Assembly: GCF_006345805.1 (NCBI RefSeq)
Contig: NW_021828096.1
Location: forward strand, 1-35,372
Direction of reading: 5' to 3'
Length of the DNA stretch: 35,372 nt
From: Octopus sinensis
Taxonomy: Eukaryota
Part shown: positions 33,612 through 35,372 of the stretch, one piece after another
Numbering within the stretch: position 1 is the first letter of the stretch
Layout: the number at the start of each line of letters is the position of its first letter
Position numbers and translations under genes: made by a program
The notes under the pieces: generated by a model
The model's input: only the letters and a program-made list of their open reading frames with translations
Databases searched by the model: none
Told to the model about the DNA's origin: nothing

Positions 33612-35372
33612 TGATTTGATTGATTTTGATTTTTCCAGTTTCAGCTCACTAGCTGTGGCCATGCTGGGGCACCGCCATTTGGTGTTGCTACTTGGTTTCA
33701 CTTCATGAAGGCTTTCTAGCAGCTGCTATTTGGTGCATGAGAGAGTTCGATGCAGCTGCCCTCATCTGCCCCTCCTGCCGTGAAGTTGGTTCATCTGGGA
33801 CACCTGACAGGAAGAGATCCAGCTTCATTTTAAAGACATCTGTATCCACCCCATGCAGGTCTCTCAGGTTCTTCGGGAGGATATTGAAGAGCTGTGGGCC
33901 TCGGAACCCCAGGCTATCACAGAATCTTGTCCTACATCTTGATGGCAGGTTTGGAGTCCTAGGCACCACGCAGTGGCGCCCAGTTCTGGCATTTGCGTAA
34001 CTCTCGATGCCAAAGTTCAGGACACTTCCCTCCAGGATCTTCCAGATGTATATTATGGCATATCTTTCCCGCCTACGCTCCAGGGAATATAATTTTAATT
34101 TCCTGAGTCTTTCCCAGTAGCTTACATTCTGCATAGAGGCTATCTTCTTCGTGTAGCTACGTTGGATCGCCTCGAGCTCTGTGATCAACTTGACACTGGA
34201 TGGTGACCATAACTGAGAGCAGTAATCAAAGTGGCTTAGGACAAGTGTCCACCAGAGGACCATCATGGTTTCTTGTTCTCTTGTTCTAAAGGTTCTGAGG
34301 ATCCATCCAGCCAGTCGTCTACATTTCATTGCCAATTTAGCAACATGTGCACGAAAGGTCGCGTCATCACTCATGTAAATACCTAGGTCACGCACTGATT
34401 GTGCCTCTGGGATTGCAATCCCTCCGGGTCCAGTGTATTCATTGGGTATTACATTTAGTTTTGCATGCTGATAGTATAGAGCTTGAAACTTTTCAGCATT
34501 GAACTGCATGCTATTCTTTTCGGCCCACTTGTATATTTCGTCCAGCTCACATTGCAGGTGTTTAGTGTCCTCAGGGTTCTGTATTGCCTGTGAAACTTTT
34601 GTATCATCTGCATAACTTGTGATCGTGGCTCTCTGCGTGGCTGAGGGCATGTCTGAGAGGGCCATTATGAACAGTAGTGGTCCCAGAACAGTGCCCTGCG
34701 GAACACCGCTCACTATTTGCGTGTTAATGGAAGTGGCCCCATTGGCCACTACCACCTGACTTCTATCTTTCAGAAAGTCATGAAGCCATTCTCCCAGTTT
34801 TCCAACTATGTTGAGATCACGCAGTTTGTGACATATCATTCCATGATCGACTTTATCAAAGGCCTTTGCAAAGTCGAGATATATCACTTCCACATTTGAG
34901 TGGTTGAGCAGCCGTTTCAGCACCCAGTCATAGTGTTGTAGGAGCTGAGTTAAACAGCTTCTCCCTGGTGGGAAACCATGTTGGGTGTCGGGCAGCAAGT
35001 CATTTTCTTCAAGGAAGATGATCAGCTTCCTTCTGACTATTCGTTCCATGACCTTGCTGATGTGTGAGGTCAAAGAGATAGGTCTATAGTTCTTGGCTTC
35101 CGCTCTGCTACCTCCTTTATGAATGGGGCATATTTTACCTTCCTTCAGTTTTCTTGGAAGTTTGCCAGCTGCAAGGAAGCTCTGAAAGAGGAACTGCAGT
35201 GGTCTTGCTAGGACTCTCTTACATGCTTTTAGGAGGATTGCCGGGAATCCATCGGGGCCAGTAGCTGAGTCTGTTTTCATTTCATCTATAGCCTTGATTA
35301 CATCGTCTTCCTTTATATCGATGTAATCTATCGTCGCCGTCTCTGATTTTATATCTGCAGTGGTAAAAAAGT
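33612..35372 (-). mobile_element. CR1-group LINE, 3' portion, continuing beyond the window
   Basis: RT ORF, a short 3' UTR containing ggcggtgccccagcatggccacag, and an AATC-type repeat tail. Confidence 0.92.
33703..35372 (-). CDS. LINE ORF2 reverse transcriptase, 5'-partial and uninterrupted
   Basis: TGPDG, NYRPISLTS, QHGF..GRSC, YLDFAKAFDKV, GVPQGTVLGPLLF, YADD, DLGI, YWERLRKLKLYSLERRR. The frame stays open upstream of ATG 35280 to the window edge. Confidence 0.93.
   Translation of the reverse strand, partial: FFTTADIKSETATIDYIDIKEDDVIKAIDEMKTDSATGPDGFPAILLKACKRVLARPLQFLFQSFLAAGKLPRKLKEGKICPIHKGGSRAEAKNYRPISLTSHISKVMERIVRRKLIIFLEENDLLPDTQHGFPPGRSCLTQLLQHYDWVLKRLLNHSNVEVIYLDFAKAFDKVDHGMICHKLRDLNIVGKLGEWLHDFLKDRSQVVVANGATSINTQIVSGVPQGTVLGPLLFIMALSDMPSATQRATITSYADDTKVSQAIQNPEDTKHLQCELDEIYKWAEKNSMQFNAEKFQALYYQHAKLNVIPNEYTGPGGIAIPEAQSVRDLGIYMSDDATFRAHVAKLAMKCRRLAGWILRTFRTREQETMMVLWWTLVLSHFDYCSQLWSPSSVKLITELEAIQRSYTKKIASMQNVSYWERLRKLKLYSLERRRERYAIIYIWKILEGSVLNFGIESYANARTGRHCVVPRTPNLPSRCRTRFCDSLGFRGPQLFNILPKNLRDLHGVDTDVFKMKLDLFLSGVPDEPTSRQEGQMRAAASNSLMHQIAAARKPS

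Noticed and set aside
31831-33708. Long ORFs rich in YIYI, VCMC or HTHT (also near 282, 6013-6425, 13097-13518, 14266, 26176, 30392-31107)
   Set aside because: They are translations of dinucleotide microsatellites.
33692-34899. Plus-strand ORFs 33692-34000 and 34717-34899, and similar antisense ORFs over the Tx1 and gag regions
   Set aside because: Shadow ORFs antisense to real transposon reading frames.

Overview
AT-rich eukaryotic non-coding DNA, intergenic or intronic, with no host gene I can support. The repeat families match my recollection of Octopus (coleoid cephalopod) repeats; this is inference, not a search result. Long coding-like segments are all transposon-derived: a Tx1/L1-clade LINE remnant interrupted by a TA-flanked mariner, a second rearranged mariner carrying an 8 x 31-bp minisatellite, a Dong/R4 fragment, a gag/zinc-knuckle ORF1-only element, a Merlin transposase pseudogene, and an uninterrupted CR1-type LINE ORF2 that runs off the window end. 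About 15 tRNA-headed SINE copies and many microsatellites are also present; microsatellites produce most short ORFs in the track. Three observations stand out. (1) Three unrelated short repeats carry Penelope-type minimal hammerhead ribozyme motifs; two are head-to-head inverted pairs and one sits downstream of a tRNA-like pol III head. (2) Four long inverted repeats cluster within 13.4-15.4 kb. (3) SINEs, the ORF1-only element and the LINEs in this window share 3' tails. Alignments were done by eye and boundaries of degenerate repeats are approximate.
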